Translations under genes and position numbers: made by a program
Notes under the pieces: generated by a model
Seen by the model: the letters and a program-made list of their open reading frames with translations, nothing else
Databases searched by the model: none
Told to the model about the DNA's origin: nothing
Part shown: positions 1 through 9,712 of the stretch, one piece after another
Numbering within the stretch: position 1 is the stretch's first letter
Layout of the letters: each line of letters starts with the position of its first letter
IMG/VR virus record: IMGVR_UViG_3300001598_000040
Span: 1 to 64,000 of that record
Strand: one strand, 5' to 3'
Length of the DNA stretch: 64,000 bases
From: a virus
Lineage: Duplodnaviria > Caudoviricetes

Positions 1-1
1 A

Positions 2-145
2 TATATGCATTTAATTGTGACAGAACAACCGAGTTACAATCCCGACACTCAATATCTTGTTACAAAGTACAGAGTGGTTGATGGTCACATTGAAACATTC
101 TATGAAGTGAAAGATATTCCAATCAATGAGGAAGAGGCTGAATAA
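2..145 (+). CDS. 3' end of a partial ORF, possibly a tail-fibre-associated protein
   Basis: Open frame YMHLIVTEQPSYNPDTQYLVTKYRVV...EEAE* ending at TAA 143-145, directly before the lysis genes. Confidence 0.45.
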   Translation, partial: YMHLIVTEQPSYNPDTQYLVTKYRVVDGHIETFYEVKDIPINEEEAE

Positions 146-160
146 TTCTCTTGCAAAGGA

Positions 161-832
161 GTGTTGAATATGAATGTTACAACTACCTGTAGAGATTTAA
201 AGGAACTAACTGATAACGCGCGAGCTGCATGTGAGATATTCTTATCTCACTGTGAAGCCCGCGGTTTAAAAGTATTAATAACAGAAACTTATCGTTCTCA
301 AGAACGACAAAATTATTTATATGAACAAGGAAGAAGTCGTTCAGGAGAAATAGTAACATGGACTAAGAATAGTCGTCATACATCAAGACGAGCTTGGGAT
401 ATATGTCAAAATATAAAAAATAAAGAATATTCTGACGACTCCTTTTTTAAAAAGTGTGGACAGGTAGCTAATGAATTAGGAATAATCTGGGGTGGAAACT
501 GGGATACCCCAGATACTCCGCACTTTGAAATTTCAGAAAATTGGCAATTAAAAATGAAAGAAGATGAACAAATGTCAACTGAAGAAAAAAATCAATTAAA
601 TAATTTAACTACAGAAGTGTATGAATTAAAAAAAACAATAGAAGAAATAAAAAATTCTTCAAATAAAATGATTTATAATTACATAGATTCAAATATGCCT
701 TCTTGGGCGCGCGATACTGTTCAAAACTTAGTAACTAAAGGATATTTAAAAGGAAATGAAAATGGTGAATTATCTTTATCTGAAGATATGTTAAGAATAT
801 TAGTATTATTAGATAGAGCAAATGTATTCTAA
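161..832 (+). CDS. Endolysin, M15 L-Ala-D-Glu peptidase family, with C-terminal cell-wall-binding segment
   Basis: TETYRSQERQ..LY.QGR, SRH...RAWD and WGGNW..D.PHFE motifs; C-terminal MPSWARDTVQNLVTKGYLKG segment; adjacent to holin-like genes. Confidence 0.88.
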   Translation: MLNMNVTTTCRDLKELTDNARAACEIFLSHCEARGLKVLITETYRSQERQNYLYEQGRSRSGEIVTWTKNSRHTSRRAWDICQNIKNKEYSDDSFFKKCGQVANELGIIWGGNWDTPDTPHFEISENWQLKMKEDEQMSTEEKNQLNNLTTEVYELKKTIEEIKNSSNKMIYNYIDSNMPSWARDTVQNLVTKGYLKGNENGELSLSEDMLRILVLLDRANVF

Positions 833-843
833 TGAGGTGAATA

Positions 844-1065
844 ATGAATTTTAGTAAGAAAATTATAACAGGAGTTATTATAGCTAATGTTTTATTTTCA
901 GTTGCGGTATTAGGATTATTCCTTAAGACACAAAAAGAACCTGTGACATTAATAGGAACTTGGTTTGGTTTTACTACAGTTGAAGTATGGAATTTAGCTA
1001 GTATTAAGAAAACTAAAATAAAAGGAGATAGCTGTAATGGAAATGATATTGACAATAGTAATTAA
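844..1065 (+). CDS. Small two-TM holin-like protein
   Basis: 73 aa, two hydrophobic helices, basic C-terminus, inside lysis cassette. Confidence 0.6.
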   Translation: MNFSKKIITGVIIANVLFSVAVLGLFLKTQKEPVTLIGTWFGFTTVEVWNLASIKKTKIKGDSCNGNDIDNSN

Positions 1066-1318
1066 ATGTATAGTAATTATTTTTTCAGCCCTTGCTACTT
1101 ACTATCTTATACCAACATTAAAAAAGAATAATTTATATAATATTGTTGTGACTTTAGTTCAAGCGGCTGAACAGATATATAAAGAATCAAATATGGGAGA
1201 GATTAAATATCAATATGTATTAAATATTCTTCAAAAAAAATTTAATATGAAAGAAGAAGATTTAAGATGTTTAATTGAGTCTGCGGTTTATGAGCTAAAT
1301 CAAAATTTTGAGCAATAA
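1037..1318 (+). CDS. Phage holin (LL-H-like)
   Basis: N-terminal TM helix, LVQAAEQIY...G..KYQYV...LIESAVYE pattern. Confidence 0.75.
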   Translation: MEMILTIVIKCIVIIFSALATYYLIPTLKKNNLYNIVVTLVQAAEQIYKESNMGEIKYQYVLNILQKKFNMKEEDLRCLIESAVYELNQNFEQ

Positions 1319-1325
1319 AAAAAAA

Positions 1326-1351
1326 GAGGAGTGATTATTTAATCACTCCTC
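1326..1351. terminator. Bidirectional intrinsic terminator between convergent blocks
   Basis: GAGGAGTGATT-ATTT-AATCACTCCTC perfect 11-bp stem preceded by an A-run. Confidence 0.8.
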
Positions 1352-1790
1352 AATTATTTGTTTCTACAACAGGTATTTGTCTTACTTTATGCATCCATTC
1401 ATCTGCATATCCATTTCCTCCAAGACTATGATATAATTCATATTCTCGTTCTAATAGTGTAAGTTGATCTATATCAATATTTTCTTTAGTTATATAGGTT
1501 TTACATTTTTCTAATATCGAATCTAATGTTTTACTCTTCAATGCTTGTTTAATTAAAATAACTTCATCTGTTATTTTATCTAATTTATCATTTAAATAAG
1601 CGTCTTTTTTATTTGAATTATTTTCAAATTCTGATAATTGTTGTTTAATATTCTCAACCTCTGCTTCTACATTTCCTCTGAAAATAAATTTAATTCCTTT
1701 GAATAAATAATCTCTAAAAATTATAGCCAAAGCTGTAACAATTAATCCTATTACCTCTTTCCACCATAGGGCTAAAAAATTCATTAACAT
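1350..1790 (-). CDS. Membrane-anchored phage protein of the Y..LGGNG family often found near lysis genes
   Basis: N-terminal TM, coiled coil, YHSLGGNGYADEW; probable start 1790 after AGGAGAG (ORF track starts at 1874). Confidence 0.6.
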   Translation of the reverse strand: MLMNFLALWWKEVIGLIVTALAIIFRDYLFKGIKFIFRGNVEAEVENIKQQLSEFENNSNKKDAYLNDKLDKITDEVILIKQALKSKTLDSILEKCKTYITKENIDIDQLTLLEREYELYHSLGGNGYADEWMHKVRQIPVVETNN

Positions 1791-1861
1791 CTCTCTCCTT
1801 TTGTAAAATAAAAAAAAATTCACTATCCAAATATAGTGAATTTTATTTATAAAAAATTTAA

Positions 1862-2350
1862 TTAAAATGACCAAATCAAATCATCAGTGTAATTATCAAT
1901 ATCTTTTAGATAAGTATATCCTATACAAATAGCATCCGATTCATCTTCAGTTACTGAAAGATTATAATTATCTTTAACGAATCGCTGCGCGGCTTTCTTT
2001 TCTTCGGCGCGTCTTGTCTTGCGAATTCCGCATCTGCTTTTCCAAGTATTTGATGATATAATTTCATATGGTATATTCATTTCAACTATAAGCTCTAATA
2101 ATACTCCATAAACCATTGCTAGTTTTTTAAAAGTAGTTACATTATCTTGTAATTGAATTTCTTCAAGGACAATTTCAGTTATATCATATTCTTTAATTAC
2201 ATTCTTTATTTTATTTCTAAACTGATTTAATCTAACCTCAATAAGAGGATCAATAAGAGTAAATTTATCTACTTTTATTAATTTATTGTTTTGAAATATT
2301 GCATATCCAGTAGTCCGAGTAGATTGATCTAAAGCTAATAAATTAGTCAT
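1862..2350 (-). CDS. RuvC-like Holliday junction resolvase
   Basis: LLALDQSTRTTGYAIF, IVLEE and EDESDAICIG acidic RNase H-fold motifs. Confidence 0.85.
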   Translation of the reverse strand: MTNLLALDQSTRTTGYAIFQNNKLIKVDKFTLIDPLIEVRLNQFRNKIKNVIKEYDITEIVLEEIQLQDNVTTFKKLAMVYGVLLELIVEMNIPYEIISSNTWKSRCGIRKTRRAEEKKAAQRFVKDNYNLSVTEDESDAICIGYTYLKDIDNYTDDLIWSF

Positions 2351-2822
2351 TAGTACTCCCCATTCCACCCATGCGTCTTTTCTTTATTTCATCTTCTTCC
2401 GCAATATCAAATCTAATAAAAATACCTTGCGCAAAACGGTCGCCTTTCGATAGTTTTATCATTTCATTACCTTCATTGCGAATTTTTATAAATATATGAC
2501 CTTCGTTAGTGGGATTATTATAATAATCGGGATCAATAACTCCAGTAGTATTAGCCAATCTCATAAAATATTTAAATCCAAGACTTGATCTAGGATAAAT
2601 TAATAATACTCTATCTTCATCTAATTGACATTTTATTCCTGTTGGTATTAATACTGAATCATTAGGATAAAGATCATAATCAATAGGACAGTAAAAATCA
2701 TAACCTGCGGAATTTGCAGTTGCACGTATAGGTAATGGAATATTATCTACACTTTCATATCCATTCATTTCTTTTAAAGAATTTTTGTATTCTTTTTCAC
2801 TTACTCTTTCAAAATTATTCAT
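2343..2822 (-). CDS. dut: dUTPase (trimeric)
   Basis: SAGYD, PRSS, GVIDPDY.N, GDRFAQGIF, RMGGMGST motifs. Confidence 0.95.
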   Translation of the reverse strand: MNNFERVSEKEYKNSLKEMNGYESVDNIPLPIRATANSAGYDFYCPIDYDLYPNDSVLIPTGIKCQLDEDRVLLIYPRSSLGFKYFMRLANTTGVIDPDYYNNPTNEGHIFIKIRNEGNEMIKLSKGDRFAQGIFIRFDIAEEDEIKKRRMGGMGSTND

Positions 2823-3087
2823 AATTTCCCTCCATAGCATCTGGCAGATTATAATAAGGAACATTTCTATTCTCTATCTGTTTTTCATTTGTATTAAATA
2901 CTTTTTTAACAGTCACTATAAAATATTCACAATCTAATCCTTTATCATATTTCTCTGTTACTTTATAATCAACAATATGATATGTTCCTTCGTCCTCTTT
3001 AAATTCATTTATCAACTGTGCAGCTTCATATTCGCTATCTACTTTATATTTTTCTGTTGTATTTATTAAATATCTAACTACTGCCAT
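2815..3087 (-). CDS. Hypothetical phage protein
   Basis: ORF overlapping both neighbours in an operon. Confidence 0.6.
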   Translation of the reverse strand: MAVVRYLINTTEKYKVDSEYEAAQLINEFKEDEGTYHIVDYKVTEKYDKGLDCEYFIVTVKKVFNTNEKQIENRNVPYYNLPDAMEGNYE

Positions 3088-3287
3088 AATACTTCTTCTA
3101 TCCTTTCTCCATACTTTTCTTTATAAATTTCTATTTGTTTTTCTATATCATCTGCTTTTACATATTCATATTCAATAACCTCATCGGGGTTTAATACCCC
3201 GACAAAGTTAGTGAGAGATGTTATAGAGTATTTTACTAATATAATCATTTTAAAGTCTCCTTTACACTGTAAAAACCGCGTTATCAT
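3078..3287 (-). CDS. Hypothetical phage protein (true start may be downstream)
   Basis: Operon-packed ORF. Confidence 0.5.
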   Translation of the reverse strand: MITRFLQCKGDFKMIILVKYSITSLTNFVGVLNPDEVIEYEYVKADDIEKQIEIYKEKYGERIEEVLWQ

Positions 3288-3672
3288 AAGGATATAAAAT
3301 AACTATTCTACCAACATCTAAATCTGTAACTCCCCATACCTCAATAGCTTGTTTATCTTCAGAAACATAATTAAAAGCCTTTAAGTTTTCAAATACACTA
3401 TCTAAAGTATCCATTATTTCTTTATGGAAGTTATTAATATCTTCACTCTCATATTTAAACACGCAACCAAAATCTGTATCTTCGATATTCATATAATAAT
3501 ATTTGTTTTTCGTGTTTTCAACTAATCCTTGTAAAATTTTTTTAGCATCTTTTCTTTCGTGTTTTGTCATATTCTGCATAGAAGGTATATACTTAATTTT
3601 ATTTAAGCTACCGTCTTCATTAAAACACTCTTGAGATGCATTAGTTATTAGAACTGGATTCATTTTAATCAC
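3262..3672 (-). CDS. Hypothetical phage protein
   Basis: RBS and sigmaA-type promoter upstream. Confidence 0.6.
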   Translation of the reverse strand: MIKMNPVLITNASQECFNEDGSLNKIKYIPSMQNMTKHERKDAKKILQGLVENTKNKYYYMNIEDTDFGCVFKYESEDINNFHKEIMDTLDSVFENLKAFNYVSEDKQAIEVWGVTDLDVGRIVILYPYDNAVFTV

Positions 3673-3714
3673 TCCTTTACAAATATTATATCAAAAATTT
3701 TCTAAAAAATCAAA

Positions 3715-4674
3715 TTATTTGTTTAATAATTCATTCATTTTAGCTACTCTTTCATCAACAGCTTTTAATACTCTGCTAACAACAGTAGCCATTTCTGCTC
3801 TTGTCATTGTTTCATTAGGTTCAAATTCAGTATCAGTTCTGCCTTGCATGATATTACTTAAATACGCATGCTTAATGGCGTTATAATACCAATCGTCTTC
3901 ATTAACATCTTCAAAAGGTAACTTAGTTTCTTCATTAATTAGCATATATGCTTCCTCCAAATCTGTTTTATATTTACTGCAATATCCATTATTTCCCCAG
4001 TCTGTTCCCCAAGAATTTTTAATTCTATAAGTATTTTTCTCATCATTCCATCCTACAATAAGAACGCAATGTCTTTCTCCAAATCCTTGTCCGTAAACAG
4101 CAACAACTGGTATTCTATATTCTGTAAGAATATATTTAATAGCTAAATCTCTATTTTTAAAGTCATTTGGTAATATTAAATAACTTTCAATAGCATACAA
4201 TCGAGCCATTTCATCTAATTCATAATGTTTATTTGCTATATCTTGAATTTCTGGCATTTCTTTTACTATATTAAAATATTGTTTAGGAACTGCGCCTATG
4301 GATTTTAATTTAGCAAAACATTCTTGCGGAATCATACCTAGATACTTAGAACCCGCGTCTCTACATTTACCATAAATATAAGACTCAGAAATTTCTTCAT
4401 ATCCAAAATTTTCTTTGTTCAATATTTCATCTTTGATCTCTTCGCCATCATTTTTACTTAACACATCTCTTAGTAGTAATGCTTCAATAACTTGGCTAGT
4501 CGCGCATCCAACGCATTCCGCAATTGCACCTTGATTTTTACTAAAACCTGTTTCTGCGGCGTTTAGTTGAAATTTAATAGGATATATTTTATCTTTATAA
4601 TCTGCTACTGCTTGATCAAATTGATAAGACTGAACATTGGTTATTCCTTTTGCTATGCCTGTAGCATTAGACAT
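3715..4674 (-). CDS. Papain-like (C1) cysteine peptidase with C-terminal SLH domain
   Basis: NQG....CVG (Gln/Cys), RHCVLIVGW (His), KNSWGTDWG..GY (Asn); FEDV..DDWYY.AI......IMQG.....F.P....TRAEMA is an SLH motif. Confidence 0.88.
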   Translation of the reverse strand: MSNATGIAKGITNVQSYQFDQAVADYKDKIYPIKFQLNAAETGFSKNQGAIAECVGCATSQVIEALLLRDVLSKNDGEEIKDEILNKENFGYEEISESYIYGKCRDAGSKYLGMIPQECFAKLKSIGAVPKQYFNIVKEMPEIQDIANKHYELDEMARLYAIESYLILPNDFKNRDLAIKYILTEYRIPVVAVYGQGFGERHCVLIVGWNDEKNTYRIKNSWGTDWGNNGYCSKYKTDLEEAYMLINEETKLPFEDVNEDDWYYNAIKHAYLSNIMQGRTDTEFEPNETMTRAEMATVVSRVLKAVDERVAKMNELLNK

Positions 4675-5170
4675 TTAGTAATTCCACCTTTCCACTTTGT
4701 AAACTTTTTTGAATATCTATAATTCTTTGGTTGCGGCTTCCTCTGAAAGGAAGAGTAATATCTCGTTGTTCTGCTATATATTTACCATCTACTAATACAT
4801 CACAATATTTTATAATTTCAAATCTATCTTTATCTTCTATAATTTCTTCCCAAGTATATCCACTATAAATCCAAATATCTTTTGTAGGAAATGCTCCTAT
4901 GATTGTTCCTACTAATTTTTTCATTTCTTTTAAATTCTTCTGATATAATGGATCTCCTCCTGAAAATGTAATACCTTTAATATATTCATTTTTTAACTCT
5001 TTAAATAAATCTGCCTGATTTTGTATATCAAATTTTTTACCACTTTTACAATCCCAAGTTTCAGGATTGTGACATCCTTCGCATTTATGAGAACAGCCAG
5101 AGAGCCAGAGAACTACTCTGACTCCTAGACCATTAACAACACTTGCTTTTGTTATTTTATGAAAATTCAT
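4667..5170 (-). CDS. nrdG: Anaerobic ribonucleotide reductase activase (radical SAM)
   Basis: GCSHKCEGCHNPETW CX3CX2C motif, SGGDPL, RGSRNQR. Confidence 0.96.
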   Translation of the reverse strand: MNFHKITKASVVNGLGVRVVLWLSGCSHKCEGCHNPETWDCKSGKKFDIQNQADLFKELKNEYIKGITFSGGDPLYQKNLKEMKKLVGTIIGAFPTKDIWIYSGYTWEEIIEDKDRFEIIKYCDVLVDGKYIAEQRDITLPFRGSRNQRIIDIQKSLQSGKVELLNV

Positions 5171-8100
5171 TCGTGTTTCACTCTCATTTCTGTTTCTTGA
5201 ATTTTACCTTTATTAAAAGCAGTTTTATAGTTTCCTGTAAGATATCCAGTAACTCGTCTTAATTGTTGAATATTTTCACTACCACAAATAGGACATTTAT
5301 TATTAAATTCTCCCGAATATCCGCAATCTAAACAATTATCATTAGGTACATTAATAGCAAAATATGGGATATCTTTTTCCATAGCATATTTTACTATTGT
5401 TTCTAATGCTTCTATGTTATGCATTACTCCGCCTTCAAGTTCAACATAAGTAATACAACCTGCGGAACTATATCCTGTTAATTGAGATTCAATATCTATC
5501 TTTTCAAATGGTGTCATTGATTTCCACACTGGCACGTGAATACTATTAGTGAAATATTCCTTATCACTAACATTTTCTATAATTCCCCATTTATCTTTAA
5601 ACTTTTTCATTGCTGTGTGACATAATGTTTCTGCGGGAGTGTAATATACACCAAAGTTAAGTTTGTATTTTTCTTTAAAATTCTTACATAGGTGTGCGAA
5701 TAGAGATTCGATGCGTTTCGCTACTTTCATTCCATCTTCTGTTGTATGATCTGTACCTATGAGAATTTGTAATGCTTCAGCTAATCCGAGTTGTCCCACC
5801 GCCAAAGTTCCATGCGATAGTGCACTTCTAATATCTTTACCATCATATCCTGCCATAGTATTATTCTCATACATAAACTTAGCTGAATTTGATGACTGCG
5901 CGCATATCCAATTAAATCTTTCTATTAACTGATCTTTAGCTTCGTGAATTTTAATATTTAATAAAGCTAAAAATGTATCTACTATATCTTCATTATTATT
6001 CGCATCTTCTTCATAAGTTTGTTTAGCTAACATAGCTAATTCTGGAAGAATAATAGTTACTGGACAAATATTACCTCTCCCATCTTTTCTTTGCTTTAAT
6101 CCGTTTATATCCCAACCATTCGCTGTGCGACACGTGTTATCCCATGTTCCCATGGGCACTGACTATATCTTCTATCTTTCGATAGTCTTCCGCTTCGAGT
6201 GAGTGCCTATCTCTCACCCTACTCCCTTACATTCATCAGGGATAGTCGATACACCTTATTCATTACAATATTCACATTATTATCTCCTTAATGCGAATAT
6301 TGTAATGAATCTTGGCACGGTCTCATCTGTTCTAGACCTAACCGTTAGCCTATTTTTTAAAATAGACACCTGAGGGCGCAGTTCAAAAGATTTTAAATGA
6401 GCTAAGTTACGAAGCTAAACCCATTGTTGACATATAAGTACAAGGATCATTTTTATCATATCCAGCATTTCCACTCCAATCTATATTAACATAATTAGGA
6501 TACAATCTTCTACTTGTACATTTCAATGCTAATTGAAATAAATCATAATTAGGATCTTCTGGTTCTAGATTAATACCTTTTCCTACTTGAAATATCACAC
6601 AAGGAAATACCGATGTTCTTCCCACTTTTCCTGTTCCTTTTAATAATCCATTTAGTAATGCTTCTGATACAAGCCTGCCTTCTAAAAGAGTACAAGTACC
6701 AAAGTTTACAGAAGTAAAAGGTAACTGATTTCCGCTCCTGCTTTGTAATGTATTACATTTATATTCACATAAAATCGCGAGTTTTATGCAGTTCTCTTAT
6801 GAACTTCTTTATGTTACCATAAAGATTAGACTATATCTTCACCCTCTTTCGAGGGGGCTATCATTTCGAGTCGCTTGACCCTACTCTCCGTTTTATGGAG
6901 ATAGTCGTTAGGCATTTATTGTATCATCATAATATTTTAAATGGTATCCTTTAAGAGTTTTACCTCTTCCTTTACATAATTTACTAATACTTGTAGAATG
7001 ATACAAATTTAGCACGGGATTGTCTTGATGCTTTCAAGAGTTTCCCCGTTTAGATAGCTATGTTCTTAATATTACTATTAAGTCGCCCTAATTATTTAAG
7101 GTTATGATACATTCCTTCAACCGCCTGATTCAATTCTTTAGTCGTCATATCCATAGCATATTTGTAAGCCTTAGAAGAGTATATCTTATAGTCTTCATCA
7201 TCAATAGATAACTCAGAATGGAAAGAATAATCAAATTCTAAAGCATCAATATATTTAACCCCATCTTTATAATGTTTATAAAAACTTTTTCTTACATACG
7301 GAATCATAGTCCAATCTAAATGTGTTGCGCTACATCCCACGCACTCTCATAACTTTCGTAACGAGCCTGACTATATCTTCATCTTCTTTTAAAGAAGAGC
7401 CTCCTTTTTCGCTTTCGCTACATAAATAGTCGATGAACATTACTCTTCATAATACCAATAACAATTTTTAAAAACTTCTTTTCTTTCAATTACTTGAGGA
7501 ATTTTTCTTCCATCTCTATATCCTAATACTTGTCTAGAAGCTTCAGATACAGATGAATAATGAATTTCTTCTTGAGTTACTATGTCAACACAATATACTT
7601 TTTTATTATTATGTCTAGCCTTTTTACAATTATCAATATGAGATACTAATTCTAAATTATTTAAATTATTATTACTTGGATCACTATCAATATGATTAAT
7701 TTTCATTGTATCGGGTATTGCTCCGTTAAAAGCTTCCCAAACTACTCGATGAACTTGAAAATGTTTATTTAATCCATAATGTAAAGATACTCTATAATAA
7801 TTCCCAGATTTCTCAAAACTTAATTCAATATTTTTATCTAAATTATAAATTTTTCCCTCTTTAGAGGCATAATAAGGTGAATTTCTAAATTGTTTTAAAT
7901 TTTCAATATCAATTTCTTCTTGATTAATCTTTATTAAATTAAAACACTTTATTTCTCTTTTGTGAATTTGACTATGTTCACTAGAAGATATCCATTCTAA
8001 ATTATACATATTGTTGTTTAATTTATTTTTATCTTTATGATGAACAATTTCAAAATTATTCTCATTTGGAATAAAATATTCTGCAACTAATCTATGAGTA

Positions 8101-9076
8101 TATAAAGTGTATTGTTTTCCTTTGAAGTATACATTATAGAAATGATATCCTTTATTTATTCCGCCTTTGAGCCAATTTTTAGTATTTTCATTTCTCATTC
8201 TACCATTAGAATCAATCCAATATGGAGTTTCTTTGTTATTTAATATTATTCTTTTTTCCATTTCATAATCTCTCCTTTCACTAAAGGATATTATGAAGAG
8301 TCTTTGCTGCTGATTACCCAATCTTTATAATTTTTAGAACTTTCACGCCTAGCTTGACACTTACGTTGTAGTTTATAAAGCTCTAAGGGCGTCCCAGCAA
8401 TTTAAGAGGTTTTAATTCGGCAGATATTTTAACCGAACTGTTGAAGAGACTGTAATTGAAAAATTACTGCTAACAATTGAAATGCTGTATTAATACTATT
8501 AGCAGGGCGCACATCAGTTTGCCGAGTATTAAATCCATTAGCTAACAAATCATCAAATGGAATAGATAGACAATTATGACTTCCTAAAGCATAACTATCT
8601 AAATCATGAGTATAGATTAAATTGTTTTCGTGATTTTCTTTAGCAATTTTACTCATTAAATAATTTAAAGCATAATTTTTTGTCATATAACTTGCGGCTT
8701 CGCCAAGTCTTCCACCAAAGCTATTTTCATCAACATTAGCATTTTGATTTTGTACATCTTTAGCTTCTAGTTTTGTTTTGATACCTTCTAAGAAATCCGC
8801 GCTCATACCTCTGGACACTTCTTTTTTATATCTGTATCTAATATACTCTTTAGCTAATTCATAGTCATAAGCACAAACAGTTTCTTCAACTAAATCTTGA
8901 ATATTCTCTACAGATATATCTTTATTGTACTTTTGTATAATTTCATGCACTTCATCTGCATAATCTGCAGCTTTTTCATCATTACCATAAGTATCAATCA
9001 TTGCTCTTGATATAGCAGAATATATTTTATCATAATTATAATCTACCATATCTCCATTTCGTTTAATTACCTTCAT
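5167..9076 (-). CDS. nrdD: Class III anaerobic ribonucleotide reductase, four exons: 9076-8432, 7337-7099, 6755-6419, 6132-5167 (728 aa spliced)
   Basis: ATP cone at N-terminus; junctions rebuild QQFG|GCSATH, YHNL|NTLQSRSGNQ and STMG|CRT; C-terminal CxxC...CxxC and RRVTGYL glycyl-radical motif; exon lengths sum to 2187 nt. Confidence 0.94.
6133..6418 (-). mobile_element. Group I intron 3 of nrdD (286 nt, no ORF)
   Basis: Exon AUGGGU pairs with intron GCUCAU (U.G at splice site); GUAUCGACUA and GAAGAUAUAGUC core elements; ends in G. Confidence 0.92.
6756..7098 (-). mobile_element. Group I intron 2 of nrdD (343 nt, no ORF)
   Basis: P1 CCU|U with AGGG; AAUCCCGUGC, CUAACGACUA and GAAGAUAUAGUC; terminal G precedes T-AAT-ACA, restoring L-N-T. 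Confidence 0.92.
7338..8431 (-). mobile_element. Group I intron 1 of nrdD (1094 nt) carrying a homing endonuclease
   Basis: P1 UUCGGU/GCCGAA; AAUUGCUGGGA, AAUCAGCAGC, UUCAUCGACUA and GAAGAUAUAGUC; terminal G at 7338. Confidence 0.93.
7440..8261 (-). CDS. Intron-encoded HNH homing endonuclease with two HNH modules
   Basis: HRLVA...HHKDKNKLNN...NLEW and HRVVW...NHIDSDPSNN..NNLE; C-terminal NUMOD1-like KKVYC...YSSVSEA; probable start 8261 after AAAGGAG. Confidence 0.88.
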   Translation of the reverse strand: MEKRIILNNKETPYWIDSNGRMRNENTKNWLKGGINKGYHFYNVYFKGKQYTLYTHRLVAEYFIPNENNFEIVHHKDKNKLNNNMYNLEWISSSEHSQIHKREIKCFNLIKINQEEIDIENLKQFRNSPYYASKEGKIYNLDKNIELSFEKSGNYYRVSLHYGLNKHFQVHRVVWEAFNGAIPDTMKINHIDSDPSNNNLNNLELVSHIDNCKKARHNNKKVYCVDIVTQEEIHYSSVSEASRQVLGYRDGRKIPQVIERKEVFKNCYWYYEE

Positions 9077-9153
9077 TAATTTTCCTCCTTAAAAAGTAAT
9101 ACTTCATTATATATATTTTTTCTAAAGTAAAAATTTAATTAAATTGTCCCACA

Positions 9154-9711
9154 TCATTCGAGACCTTCATTCTCAATGATATATCTTATACATCCTTCAA
9201 ATTCGTTATCATTATCGTTATGTAATTCAATAAAAGGAATATTTTCTAAATTCCAACTTGAAAAATCTTTATTATCAGTTCCGTAGCGCCTTATGATTTC
9301 TTCAATATTAGGATTATCTTCTCTACATAACTGTCTAAGTAATCTATTTTTATCAGAAGCTGTGATATAATATACAGTAACATCTAAATCCTGATCGTCT
9401 AATAGATAACCAATGCCCTCAGGATTAAATACTCCTATATTAGATATATCTTCTTTTAAATCTTTTTTTAAAGTTCCATATATCCAATCGTTAAATACAG
9501 TATATTCATAAAGCTCTTCATTTAAGATTTTCTCTTTCATTTCTTCATTTGTTAGAAAATGATAATGAATATTATTTATCTCATTTTCGCGGCGCGGGCG
9601 CGTAGTACATGAAATAATAAGATGAATATCATTCACCCTATTAATTATCTCTTTAACTATTGTATCTTTACCACTCGCACTTTTTCCCATTATTGCTATT
9701 AGTTTTTTCAT
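9154..9711 (-). CDS. gmk: Guanylate kinase-like protein
   Basis: GKSASGKDT P-loop, SCTTRPRR.NE....HYHF. Confidence 0.88.
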   Translation of the reverse strand: MKKLIAIMGKSASGKDTIVKEIINRVNDIHLIISCTTRPRRENEINNIHYHFLTNEEMKEKILNEELYEYTVFNDWIYGTLKKDLKEDISNIGVFNPEGIGYLLDDQDLDVTVYYITASDKNRLLRQLCREDNPNIEEIIRRYGTDNKDFSSWNLENIPFIELHNDNDNEFEGCIRYIIENEGLE

Positions 9712-9712
9712 A

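Noticed and set aside
6407-6625. Stand-alone ORFs 6407-6625, 7092-7340 and 29614-29937
   Set aside because: They are exon fragments of nrdD and gyrB
5167-9076. nrdD and gyrB as pseudogenes or assembly frameshifts
   Set aside because: Each interruption has group I core elements and splice-site pairing that restore the frame exactly
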